A stretch of DNA of 64,000 nucleotides. Source: an uncultured Acidobacteriota bacterium. Its GTDB lineage: Bacteria > Acidobacteriota > UBA6911 > RPQK01 > JAPXNP01. Numbering within the stretch: the stretch's first letter is position 1; the number at the start of each line of letters is the position of its first letter. The notes beneath the pieces are model-generated. The model saw only the letters and a program-made list of their open reading frames with translations, had not been told where the DNA came from and did not search any database. Positions 30,040-40,281 of the stretch are shown here, one piece after another. Location: positions 416,001 through 480,000 of the forward strand of contig CAVZRV010000010.1 of assembly GCA_963777605.1 (NCBI GenBank), written 5' to 3'. The translations under genes and the position numbers were made by a program.

Positions 30040-31509
30040 CTACGCAAACTGAGGCAAGTGCTCTTTTTGCGCCTGAATGAGCGCATCCGCCAGTTTGGTG
30101 GCTGTCGAATAATTGCTGACTCCGCCATCCAGGATCAGGGCTTCCACGAACATCTTGAAGTTGCCCGTCACGGCCGCTTCGACCGTCGCCTCGACGGCAG
30201 CCAACCGGTGCAGCAAGACCGACACGATCGGGACCGGCAGTTCCCCGATGGGCTGGGCAACCATTCCATTTACCGTGGCCCGGGCCGGGATTTCGAGAAT
30301 CGCTTCTGGAGGAAGATTACTCACAAGCCCCTGGTTTGGAAGATTGGCCGCGTAGAGGTTCCGACGATCATGCCAGTAGCTGTGGAAGATGTCCATCGTC
30401 TGCATGTGTTCGCCGGAAGTTGACTCGAGACGTTCATCGTCAATCGGGCCCTGCTCCTTGGCCAGGCTGATCGTCTCGTCGTAGATGCGGTCGCCCACGG
30501 CAATCGTCCGCTCAAAGGAATACGCGTCCACACCCAGAACGCTGCCGTAGTACTTTCCATTGGGAAATCGCGCGGGAAAGTACTCGGTGACGTGGCGATC
30601 CATCGGCGCCGGAAATGCCCCAAACTCTTCGAACAGATCCCAACTGAAAGGATGCGTCAGCATTCCCGGGTTCCGCTCCTGTCCGAAGGGACCCTTCCAA
30701 CTATCCGTGTCGATACCTTTGGAACGAGCTGCTGCCAGCTTTCTCCGGATTACCGGCCAGAGATCGACCCCGTTGTGGCGAAGGTCATAGATCCAGGTCA
30801 AGTGATTGAGTCCGGCCCAGGAGGCAGTGACTTCGTTTCGCGGTACGCCGGCAACGTTGGCCAGGTGATGCACCGTCTCCTCGGTGCCCATGCACAATCC
30901 GACAACCGGGAGGCTGGTTTCCCGGCGCAGGGCCCTGACCACAGCCGTCATCGGGTTGGAGTAATTGATGAACCAGGCGTCCGGGCACATCTTCTCGACG
31001 TCACGGGCGATGTCCAGCATCGGCGGAATCATCCGCATGGCGCGGGACACCCCACCCGGCATCACCGAGTCGCCAACCGGCTGGAAAATGTCGAACTTTC
31101 GGGGTACGAAGACATCCTGCTCCCAGGCCCGGCGGCTTCCCACGCCGATCGTGGAAATGACGATCGTCGCCCCGTCCAGCACGTCTTTCCTCTCCACCGA
31201 CGAGGTGATCTTGGCAGGCTGATCGGTCGAGAGCATGTAGCGGCGAACAAGCTTGTCGGTGGCTTCCAGGATTACCGGGTTGATATCGACCAGGGCGATC
31301 TCCCAATCCCCGGGCGGACGCTGCTGCATCCAGTCGATGACTAACCCCTGGGTGAACATTGCGCTGCCGGCACCGATCAACACCATCTTCTGTGGAGCTG
31401 GTGGAGCGGGCGCCGTCTTGCGGTCAAAGGACGGCGCTGCACCCGCTGAAGACATCGCAGACCCGGCCGCAGCGGCACTGAGAATCTTGAGAATCGATCG
31501 ACGTTTCAT
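30040..31509 (-). CDS. Glycoside hydrolase family 4 (alpha-galactosidase/MelA-like) with Tat signal
   Basis: MKRRSILK signal; LIGAGS NAD-binding motif, INYSNPM, VGLC and GLNH. Confidence 0.88.
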   Translation of the reverse strand: MKRRSILKILSAAAAGSAMSSAGAAPSFDRKTAPAPPAPQKMVLIGAGSAMFTQGLVIDWMQQRPPGDWEIALVDINPVILEATDKLVRRYMLSTDQPAKITSSVERKDVLDGATIVISTIGVGSRRAWEQDVFVPRKFDIFQPVGDSVMPGGVSRAMRMIPPMLDIARDVEKMCPDAWFINYSNPMTAVVRALRRETSLPVVGLCMGTEETVHHLANVAGVPRNEVTASWAGLNHLTWIYDLRHNGVDLWPVIRRKLAAARSKGIDTDSWKGPFGQERNPGMLTHPFSWDLFEEFGAFPAPMDRHVTEYFPARFPNGKYYGSVLGVDAYSFERTIAVGDRIYDETISLAKEQGPIDDERLESTSGEHMQTMDIFHSYWHDRRNLYAANLPNQGLVSNLPPEAILEIPARATVNGMVAQPIGELPVPIVSVLLHRLAAVEATVEAAVTGNFKMFVEALILDGGVSNYSTATKLADALIQAQKEHLPQFA

Positions 31510-31580
31510 GGGGACCAAGTCGATCAGAGCGCCATGAACATGTCAACAGAAATTGCAACTTTGAACGGTTTTTATGATGA

Positions 31581-32349
31581 TCAGCTGAAGGTGCCGGACT
31601 CCGTCATCGTGGTCAGGAGGTGGTAGGACCGGAACCATTGCTCCTGGCTCGTCAATGCGACCGTCTCGAGTTCCCGCAGCGTTGCCGCCCTATTCCGGCC
31701 GGCCGCGGTGGTCGTCGTCCCTGCTGCCCCCATTGCTGTGGAAACACCCGAATCTCCGCCGGCGACATCGCCGCGTGTTCTGCTTCCCCGCCTGCACTGC
31801 TTTGCCGGCTTTGTCGGCCGGGGACACTTCGGGAAGAATCGACTCCAGTGCAGCCGCGACCTGTTCCTGATCGACCACATCCGCACCCGACAGCTTCTGA
31901 ACCGACTGGCTGTGTTTGTCGGAATCCGGTGGAGCCATATGGAAGGTCACATCTTCCGAGGATCCATCCTGGTAGCGAACGCGGTATGTCACCGAGCCGG
32001 CCTCGGTAAGGTACTCCGAGGACGGCACCGAAACCGTGAAGTAGTTTCGGTTGACCCCTCCGAACAGGTCCATCCCCCGTCCGGTCTGGCGACTCATGCG
32101 CTGCATGGCCGACGTCACCCCGCCGGAAGTATCAACCAGGGTCAGTTCCGAGATCATGCCCGAAGCTCTGAAGATACCGACCTCGCCCTGGCTCCAGAAG
32201 TACTCCTTGGTGGTCCGATCCTGTACCAGCACCGGTCCGCTCAGCGGATCCTCGGCTGTGCCCAGGTTTTGGAAGCTGACTTTCTGCTTCTGTCCGGAAG
32301 CCATCGCCAGACTTGCTGCCTCGTTAACGCCCGTCACGTCAATGCTCAT
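31581..32349 (-). CDS. Hypothetical protein, probably frameshifted near 31780
   Basis: ORF 31690-32349 has typical codon usage until about QAGKQ; the frame ending at 31581 (GDVAGG...TESGTFS) continues with GC3-rich codons. Confidence 0.55.
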
Positions 32350-32360
32350 GCCCGGTTACT

Positions 32361-32376
32361 TGCACAACTGATGCCA
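32361..32376 (-). promoter_or_regulatory. Candidate sigma54 (-24/-12) promoter
   Basis: Minus strand TGGCATCAGTTGTGCA, exact GG-N10-GC spacing, ending 11 nt before ATG 32349. Confidence 0.55.
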
Positions 32377-32564
32377 CAAATCGCACCAACCGGAAGAGCC
32401 CTGTTTGCGCTGCATTGCCGGGTTCCGCAGGTCCTTACCGGAGTCACTCCCGGCAACTCTTGCCTACCGGGCAGGCACAAAATACCGCCTCTACCTGCTT
32501 CTGGAATCGGTGTCCGGCCCTGGCCAGGTTTGAGGCCTTGATCGGAAAGGATAGACTGAATCGG

Positions 32565-33105
32565 ATGCAAACGATCCTGCTCCTTTTTCTTCTCGTCCCG
32601 GCGGCTCCTTCAACAGACGTACGCGCGGTCGCTTCCCTGGACCTCAACCGGTACAGTGGGACCTGGTACGAAATCGCACGTTATCCAAACCGCTTTCAGA
32701 AAAGTTGCGCGGGCGACGTGACGGCGACCTACACGATTCAGCCGAATGGGCAGATCGAAGTCCTCAACCGCTGCCGGAAGACCGACGGCAGTCTCGAGTC
32801 GGCGACCGGGACCGGCCGATTGGCTTATGCCGACGGACCCGCGTCGAAGCTGAAGGTCCGCTTCGCACCAAAGTTCCTGTCGTTTCTGCCCTTCGTTTGG
32901 GCCGACTACTGGATCATCGACCTGGCGGAGGACTACAGCTACGCGGCGGTGGGAACACCTGACCACAAGTACCTCTGGATCCTGTCGCGGACTCCAACGA
33001 TGGACAGCGCCACCTACCAGCAGCATCTGCCGTCACATCGAGGAAATGGGCTACGACCCTGAAAAACTGGTCCGCACGGATCAGTCTGAAGCTGACCAAA
33101 AGTAG
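32565..33105 (+). CDS. Lipocalin (Blc family), +1 frameshift near 33021
   Basis: LDLNRYSGTWYEIAR, YWII and YLWILSR; removing one base restores SICRHIEEMGYDPEKL...QK*. Confidence 0.88.
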
Positions 33106-33110
33106 ACCGG

Positions 33111-34718
33111 CTACAGCTGCTCGAAGAAATCGTTGCCTTTGTCATCGACGAGGATAAAGGCCGGGAAGTTCTCCACTTCGATTTCCCAGATCGCTTCCAT
33201 TCCCAGCTCGGGGTAGTCGAGAACCCGCACTTTCTTGATGCTGTCCTGGGCCAGGATGGCGGCCGGCCCGCCGATACTGCCCAGATAAAAGCCACCGTGC
33301 CGCTGACACGCCTCGGCAACAACGCGGGATCGATTCCCCTTTGCAATCATGATCAATGATGCCCCGTGCGACTGGAACAGATCCACGTAAGGATCCATGC
33401 GGTTAGCGGTCGTCGGCCCGAACGATCCCGAAGGCATTCCCGCAGGGGTCTTCGCGGGTCCTGCATAGTAGACTGGGTGGAGCTTGAAGTACTCAGGCAG
33501 TTCCTCGCCCCGGTCAAGCCGTTCCTTGAGTTTGGCATGCGCGATATCGCGGGCGACGATCATTGTCCCGGAAAGCGACAATCTCGTCTTGATTGGGTAG
33601 CGGTGAAGCTCTTCCAGAATCTCGTTCATGGGACGATTCAGATCGATTTGGACCGCCTCGACTCCTTCCGTTTCATCCTCACCAAGCAGCCACCGGGCCG
33701 GGTTCTCATCCAACTGCTCGATCCAGATACCCTTCCGGTTGATCTTCGCCTTCACGTTGCGATCAGCGGAGCAGGAGACTCCCATCCCGACCGGGCAGGA
33801 AGCTCCGTGACGCGGCAACCGGATCACTCGAACGTCATGGGCGAAATACTTTCCGCCGAACTGGGCTCCGAACCCGCTCTTCCGAGCCGCCTCGAGAAGC
33901 TTCGCCTCCCACTCCAGATCGCGGAATGCCCGACCAAATTCGTTCCCGCTGGTCGGGAGATGATCGAGGTAGCCCGTGGACGCGAGTTTCACCGTCTTCA
34001 GGCAGGCTTCGGCGCTGGTCCCGCCAATTACAAAAGCGATGTGGTAGGGAGGGCAGGCGGCCGTTCCGAGCGTCTTCATCTTCTCGACCAGGAAGCTTTC
34101 GAGGCTCTCGGGATTGAGCAGCGCCTTCGTCTGCTGGAACAGGTAGGTCTTGTTCGCCGATCCGCCTCCCTTGGCCACGAAGAGGAACGAGTACTCGTCA
34201 CCGGAAACGGCATAGATATCGATCTGGGCGGGAAGATTAGTCCCCGAGTTCTTCTCCTCGAACATGCTCAGCGGTACGGTCTGCGAGTAGCGGAGGTTCT
34301 CTTCCGTGTAGGCGCGGAAGATTCCCTTGCTGAGCGCTTCCTGGTCATCCGCCCCGGTGAGGACATACTGGCCCTTCTTGGCGATGACCGTCGCCGTTCC
34401 AGTGTCCTGGCAGAAAGGCAACTTCCCACCCGCGGAGACGACAGCGTTCTTCAGCAAGGTGCGGGCTACGAACCGGTCGTTTTCTGAAGCTTCCGGGTCC
34501 TTGAGGATTGCCGCGACCTTTTCCTGGTGAGCGGGACGGAGAAAGAAAGAGACATACCTCAGGGCCTCCCTCGCCAGAAACGAAAGGGCTTCCGGTTCAA
34601 CTTTCAAAAAGCGCCGACCTTCACACTCAACTTCCGAGACGTACCCGCTCGTCAGGAACTTGTACTCGGTCGGGTCGGATTCAACGGGAAAGGGATCTTG
34701 ATAACGGAACTCCACCAT
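33111..34718 (-). CDS. Class I fumarate hydratase (Fe-S; FumA/FumB type)
   Basis: [28 protein letters not shown] and GPTTANRMD. Confidence 0.96.
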   Translation of the reverse strand: MVEFRYQDPFPVESDPTEYKFLTSGYVSEVECEGRRFLKVEPEALSFLAREALRYVSFFLRPAHQEKVAAILKDPEASENDRFVARTLLKNAVVSAGGKLPFCQDTGTATVIAKKGQYVLTGADDQEALSKGIFRAYTEENLRYSQTVPLSMFEEKNSGTNLPAQIDIYAVSGDEYSFLFVAKGGGSANKTYLFQQTKALLNPESLESFLVEKMKTLGTAACPPYHIAFVIGGTSAEACLKTVKLASTGYLDHLPTSGNEFGRAFRDLEWEAKLLEAARKSGFGAQFGGKYFAHDVRVIRLPRHGASCPVGMGVSCSADRNVKAKINRKGIWIEQLDENPARWLLGEDETEGVEAVQIDLNRPMNEILEELHRYPIKTRLSLSGTMIVARDIAHAKLKERLDRGEELPEYFKLHPVYYAGPAKTPAGMPSGSFGPTTANRMDPYVDLFQSHGASLIMIAKGNRSRVVAEACQRHGGFYLGSIGGPAAILAQDSIKKVRVLDYPELGMEAIWEIEVENFPAFILVDDKGNDFFEQL

Positions 34719-34923
34719 TTCGGAACCTCACAATTCAGTTTCTTGTTCTTTGGCGCATTCTAAGTGTCCATCCAAACCAGGGTCAAGGTGGCCACGGGCC
34801 TCCAATACCGGAGAAATCCGATCCGGCCTCGCCAGGCTCATATGTTTCACCTTGTATCAACACTTGGGGTTTATTCTTTTGACAAACGGCGGTAGGATTG
34901 AAGTAAGCGACAGGAGGCCCGTG

Positions 34924-36012
34924 ATGGACAAGCCAAAGTCTTCTCCTTTCAGCATCCAGCCCCATATTCTCATCCTTTTTCTGCTTCTTGGAATACCGCC
35001 TCTCGTCGTCGGTCACATCCTGCTGGTGAACCGCGCCGAGGACCGTTTCAGGGAAGTGGTGGGAAGGTATTTTGGCCACGAAGCAGGAGGGCTCCAGCTC
35101 AACCTGGTCAGCTATATCGAGAAGCTGCAGGCCCGGGTCGGAAACCTAACCGCCCTCGAAGAAGTCCAGGCGGTCGTGCGTGAAGCCTACAACAGGCAGC
35201 CGGACGAAAAGGGGTTCGCCGACGAGATCAAGCAGATCGAGCAGGCGTGGCCCGCCATGAACCGGTCAAATTCAAAGCTCCTGGACCAGATTCTGAGCAA
35301 TCCGGCGTCCCGATTCCTGAACGATTTCAACCGCACGTCGGCGACCTTCAGAGAACTGCTCGTCGCCGACCGATTCGGGAGGCTCGTGGCCGCCAGCGGG
35401 AAGACCACCGACTATTTTCAGGCTGACGAAACATGGTGGCGAGTGGCTTTCCTGGAGGGTACCGGACAGCAATACGTCAGCGATGTCCAATATGACGACA
35501 GCGCCGGCGTCTATTCGATCCAACTCGCCGAACCGATCCGCGATGAATCGACCGGAACCGTCCTGGGGATAATCAAGGGAGTTGTGGACAGCCACGAAAT
35601 GTTCGGGATGCTCGACAACCTGAAATTCGGCTCCGACGCCACGGCTATCCTGCTCCGCCCCAACGGGACCATGGCCACGAGCCCCGGATCTGACGACATC
35701 TACCCATACACTTCCGAGGTTAACAGCGCCATCGAGCGGGGACGCCGATGGCTCGAGGTTCCCGAGGTCAACCCGCGTTTCTTCGTGGGGCTTCCCGAGT
35801 TCACGATCAAGTCGAAGCTCCCCACCCTGGACTGGGTCGTCGCGGTTGAGAGTCCGTACGCCGACGTTTTCGCACCCTTCCGGAACCTTCGCAGCTGGTT
35901 CGTCTACTTCGCGGTACTGTCGATCGCCCTGGTGATACTCCTGGCGGTAATTTTCACGTGGATCCTGTCCCGGCCGATCATCGAAACCGATCCGCATCTG
36001 GAACAGGTCTGA
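34924..36012 (+). CDS. Stand-alone TM-dCache-TM sensor-like membrane protein
   Basis: Two TM segments flanking a Cache-type domain (KTTDYFQADETWW, YDDSAGVYSIQLAEPI); only about 13 aa follow TM2. Confidence 0.75.
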   Translation: MDKPKSSPFSIQPHILILFLLLGIPPLVVGHILLVNRAEDRFREVVGRYFGHEAGGLQLNLVSYIEKLQARVGNLTALEEVQAVVREAYNRQPDEKGFADEIKQIEQAWPAMNRSNSKLLDQILSNPASRFLNDFNRTSATFRELLVADRFGRLVAASGKTTDYFQADETWWRVAFLEGTGQQYVSDVQYDDSAGVYSIQLAEPIRDESTGTVLGIIKGVVDSHEMFGMLDNLKFGSDATAILLRPNGTMATSPGSDDIYPYTSEVNSAIERGRRWLEVPEVNPRFFVGLPEFTIKSKLPTLDWVVAVESPYADVFAPFRNLRSWFVYFAVLSIALVILLAVIFTWILSRPIIETDPHLEQV

Positions 36013-36019
36013 CGACGGG

Positions 36020-36352
36020 TCAATTCGACGGCACCGTGGCCTGGACTGCCGTCCGCAGCTGTGCCAGTTCTTCTTCGAGGAGCATCCAGATCAGGTCCCG
36101 GCCGAGATCGAAGTACTCCTCATTCGAATCACACCAGCCAGACATCGGCGAGTCCAGGCTCAAGAGCCTGAACTGCTTCAACAGCGAGGGTTCCAGGCTT
36201 GCACATCCCCTGCGGACTATCGCCAGATTCTTGCATACGCCCTCCTGGATCAGCGGCTGCCCAAAGAACTGCTCTTGGCCTTCTTCGGTGTACATCAGAA
36301 TCCGGTCGATAGCTGCCAGAATTTCCCCGCGATCGGGGTGACGATCGACCAT
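36020..36352 (-). CDS. Degenerate DUF86/HepT-like (HEPN) protein
   Basis: ILAAIDRILMYT..LIQEGVCKNLAIV..YFDL...LIW matches the DUF86 pattern; the RxxxxH motif is replaced by WCDSNEEY; GGGAGG RBS. Confidence 0.6.
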   Translation of the reverse strand: MVDRHPDRGEILAAIDRILMYTEEGQEQFFGQPLIQEGVCKNLAIVRRGCASLEPSLLKQFRLLSLDSPMSGWCDSNEEYFDLGRDLIWMLLEEELAQLRTAVQATVPSN

Positions 36353-36472
36353 AGGAGCCTCCCATTCAGCAAGGGTCGGGAGTCAACCGACCATACCCTG
36401 ATGATACCCCTCAACTGCCGAGAACACCAGTTCATTGAGCCTCCCGCTGAGGATGCCGCGGCACTGGAGCCG

Positions 36473-37742
36473 TCATTTTGCAGCTACATCCGCTCCGTAC
36501 TCTGACCACTGGTTCGCCCAGGACACGGCGACCTGGAAGGCGGCCTTGACAAGTTCGTCGTCCAACCCGAGCCGGGCCACCAATTCCCCTGCCTCGGCCC
36601 AGCAACCCTCCTCGTAGAGTTCAGCCAACTGGATCAGCGGGTAGTACTCGCTGTTGGAATCTCCCTTCAACGCGGCTTTCATCCGGGCGTCGAGGGGAAG
36701 ATATTGCACGGCATCCGACATCGGCACCTGCAGTATCGAATCAAGCAGGGAGAAGAGGCCGAGCAGTTGAAGGGCGTCGGGGTCAAATCCCCAGAAGTCA
36801 AAGCGCTCTCCGATCAACTCGAGAAACTTCCCCCTCTGGATCGCCAGGTGCACCAGTTCTCCCGATTGAGCACCTTGCGCCATGTCGCTGATCAGGGCCA
36901 CTCTCAACCAGTTTCGGACACGCTTCCAGCCGAGAAGCGCGATTGACTGGCGAATCGACTTGATGGTTTGGCGTAAACCAAAGGCGGCGGAATTCAGATA
37001 GGCCAGGAGACGGAAACTGAGGGCGGGGTCGGACTGAATAGCTGCCGCCACCTCGATGAAATCGGGGTCGGGCTTGTCGATGAGGTGAAGCAGCCGAAGG
37101 CGGGTGGCCTCGTTGGACGTCAGCCTCCTGACCGGAATCTCCTCGGGTGACTTGAAGTAGCTTCCCTGGAAAAGATCGAACCCGGCCGAGTGACAGTGGG
37201 CGAGCATTGATCGATCCGAGACTCCCATGGCCATCAGCGCCACACCCGGCGTTTTGAGGCGCTCCACCGAAGGCGGCCATGGGCCGTTGGAGTTCCGAGA
37301 TCCGGAGACAGAACACATCCGCGAGACGGCAGGTCGGGTTCGTTGACGCGTCTTCGGGAACGTCCACAATCACCAGGCCATAGTCATCCTGTTTTAACTG
37401 TTCGAGAGCCTCGAAAACAGAACTGTCCATCGTTTCCCGCAGGGAAACCTTGATCAGGGCCAGGTTGGGCGGAAGCGCGTAGGGAACCTGTTCCAGGATC
37501 ATTTTCTCGTTCAGTGAGACGATCAGTTTCCTGCCCCGTTCCGAGACCTTCTGAAGCCCGATGTAGGCAGTCGAAGCGAGATAGGAGAGGGTATTTTGCC
37601 TCGCCTCGTCCGCGTCAGCCGCACCCCCCAGGGAGGAGACACAGCGGACTTCGTAACCCCAGAGTTTCTGATCCCGGTCGAATACCGGCAACCGTGCCAG
37701 CGCGATACCTGGTCCCTCGTCAAGTTCTTTATCGTCCATCAT
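36473..37742 (-). CDS. EAL-like + HDOD domain protein (YuxH/PdeH-like), +1 frameshift near 37271
   Basis: LARLPVFD...GYEV, GFDLFQGSYF, DPALSFRLLAYLNSAAFG and GLFSLLD. Confidence 0.85.
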
Positions 37743-37790
37743 CGGTCCCTTCAGCCCGTGCCGGAAGCCAACCTGAGCCAGACCCGGGTT

Positions 37791-40230
37791 CTATACTTCG
37801 AGTGGAGCAACGCCCCAGATGTCACGGGCGTACTCGGAAACCGCCCGGTCGCTGGAGAACTTGCCCATCGATGCGGTGTTGAGGATCGACCGCCGGGCCC
37901 ATTCGTCGGAATCCTTGAACATCTCCCCGACCGCGACCTGGGCCTCCAGGTAGTCATGGAAATCGGCCAGGACGAGGTAATTGTCCCCCCAGTTGAGCAA
38001 CGAGTCCACAATGGGAGCGAAAAGCCCACGGTCTCCATCGGAAAAGGTCCCGTCAGCGATCGAATCGATGGTCTCTTTCAACTCCGGATCGGACTCGTAG
38101 ATCGCCCGGGGAAAGTGCCCAATTCGGCGTCGCTCGGCGACTTCTTCGGCGCTCAACCCAAAAATGAAAATGTTCTCGCCGCCAACCTCCTCGAGAATCT
38201 CCACGTTGGCCCCATCGAGCGTGCCGATCGTCAGTGCCCCGTTGATAGCGAACTTCATGTTTCCGGTCCCCGATGCCTCCATACCGGCGGTGGAAATCTG
38301 CTCCGACAGGTCCGCCCCGGCGATCAACTTCTCAGCCTGCGATACGCAGTAGTTGGGCAGAAAGACCACTCTCAAGCGACCCCGGACATCGGAATCCGCA
38401 TTGACTACCTCGGCCACCGAGTTGATCAGCTTGATGATCAGCTTCGCCCGCCGATAGGCCGGGGCGGCCTTTCCGCCGAAAATCACGGTCCGCTGGGCGA
38501 ATTCCCCGGCATCTCCACGTTTGATCCGCCGGTAAAGCGTGATCACGTGGAGTACGTTCAACAGTTGGCGCTTGTACTCGTGGATCCGTTTGACGTGCAC
38601 GTCGAAGAGGGATTCAGGATTTACGCCCAGTCCCGTTTTTCGAAGGATGTAGCGGGCCAGCCGCTTCTTGTTCCGCAGTCGAACTTCCCGCCAGCGCGTC
38701 CTGAATTCCTGCGTTCTCCGCCAGGGGCGTCAGCCCCGCGAGGAGATTGAGGTCGAGAATCCACTCCGGGCCGACCTCAGAGGTGATCAGTTCGGAGAGA
38801 GCCGGGTTCGCCTGAAACAGGAACCGCCTGGGCGTCACGCCGTTCGTGACGTTTCGAAGGCGACCCGGAAAGATTTCGTCAAAATCGCGAAAGATGCTCT
38901 CCCTGAGGATCTTGCTGTGCAGCGCCGCCACTCCGTTCACGCTGTGAGATCCGACGACGGCCAGGTTGGCCATCCGAACCCGCCTCTGGGATCCCTCCTG
39001 GACCAGAGACACCCTGGCCGGCAATTCCGGGTCCGAACAGGAACCCGAATTCAGCATCCCGAGAAAGCGGCCATTGATCTCAAAGATGATCTGCAGGTGA
39101 CGAGGAAGGATCCTCCCGAGCATGTCAACCGGCCAGGTTTCCAGCGCCTCCGGCAGGACGGTGTGATTGGTATACCCAAACGTCGCCTGGCAAATACTCC
39201 AGGCTTCCTCCCAACCCAGACCCTCTTCGTCCATCAGTAGCCGCATCAGTTCGGGAACGGCCAGCGCCGGGTGAGTGTCATTCAATTGAATGGCGACGAA
39301 ATCCGAAAAGGAGGACCAGTTGCGGTGCTGCTTCTTGAAGCGCCGGATGATGTCCTGCAGCGTCGCCGATACGAAAAAGTGCTGCTGTCTGAGACGGAGC
39401 TCTTTGCCCTGCTCGATTTCGTCGCTGGGATAGAGGACCTTGGAGATGTTTTCGCTGAATACTTTCGACTCGACCGCTCCGACATAGTCCCCGACGTTGA
39501 ATTGCGCGAGGTTGAACTCACGACTCGAGTGAGCCACCCAGAGCCGCATGTGGCTCACGTAGCCTCCAGAGAAACCAGGAATAAGGATATCGGAGGCCAT
39601 CGCCAGCACCGACTCCGTGTCGGACCACCGGAAACGAAGTTCACCGTCAGCGTCACGGTACGATTCAGAACGCCCGTTGAACTGAACCCGGTAGAGGACT
39701 TCGGGCCGCTGGATTTCCCAGGGAGACCAGGACCGGCGCCAGTTGTCCGCCTCTTCCTTTTGATATCCGTCAACCAAACGCTGATGGAAAATCCCGAAAT
39801 CGTAGCGAATCCCGTAGCCGGTCCCGGGGATCTTCAAAGTCGCCATCGAATCGAGGAAACAGGACGCAAGCCGGCCGAGCCCCCCGTTACCGAGCCCGGG
39901 ATCCCACTCCTCTTCCTCGAGATCCTCCAGCTCGTAGCCCATCGACCGGAGCGCCTCCTGGGCTTCCGCCTCCATCCCCAGTGCAGCCAGGTAGTTGCGG
40001 AGGAACCGCCCTGGAAGAAACTCCATCGACAGGTAGTAGGCCCGTTTCGCCAGTAACTCATAACAAGCGCGCTGGCTCGCCAGCCACCGGCTGACGAGAC
40101 GGTCCCTCACGGAATGGGCAAGTCCGATCCAGACCGCGGAACGGTCGGCCAGATCCGGGTCTATTGCGAGAGTGAATTCAATGTGACGGCGAATGGAATC
40201 AGCCAACCCGCCTTTCAAGGAGACATCCAT
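37791..40230 (-). CDS. glgP: Glycogen/starch phosphorylase, +1 frameshift near 38708
   Basis: YYLSMEFL, GLGNGGLGRLA, NDTHP, KRIHEYKRQ and the EASGTGNMK PLP site; removing one G restores AEFRTRWREV. Confidence 0.95.
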
Positions 40231-40281
40231 ACTGTATACCCCTCCAGAGCATACAGGAGATGAACTCGAAACCGGTAGGCT

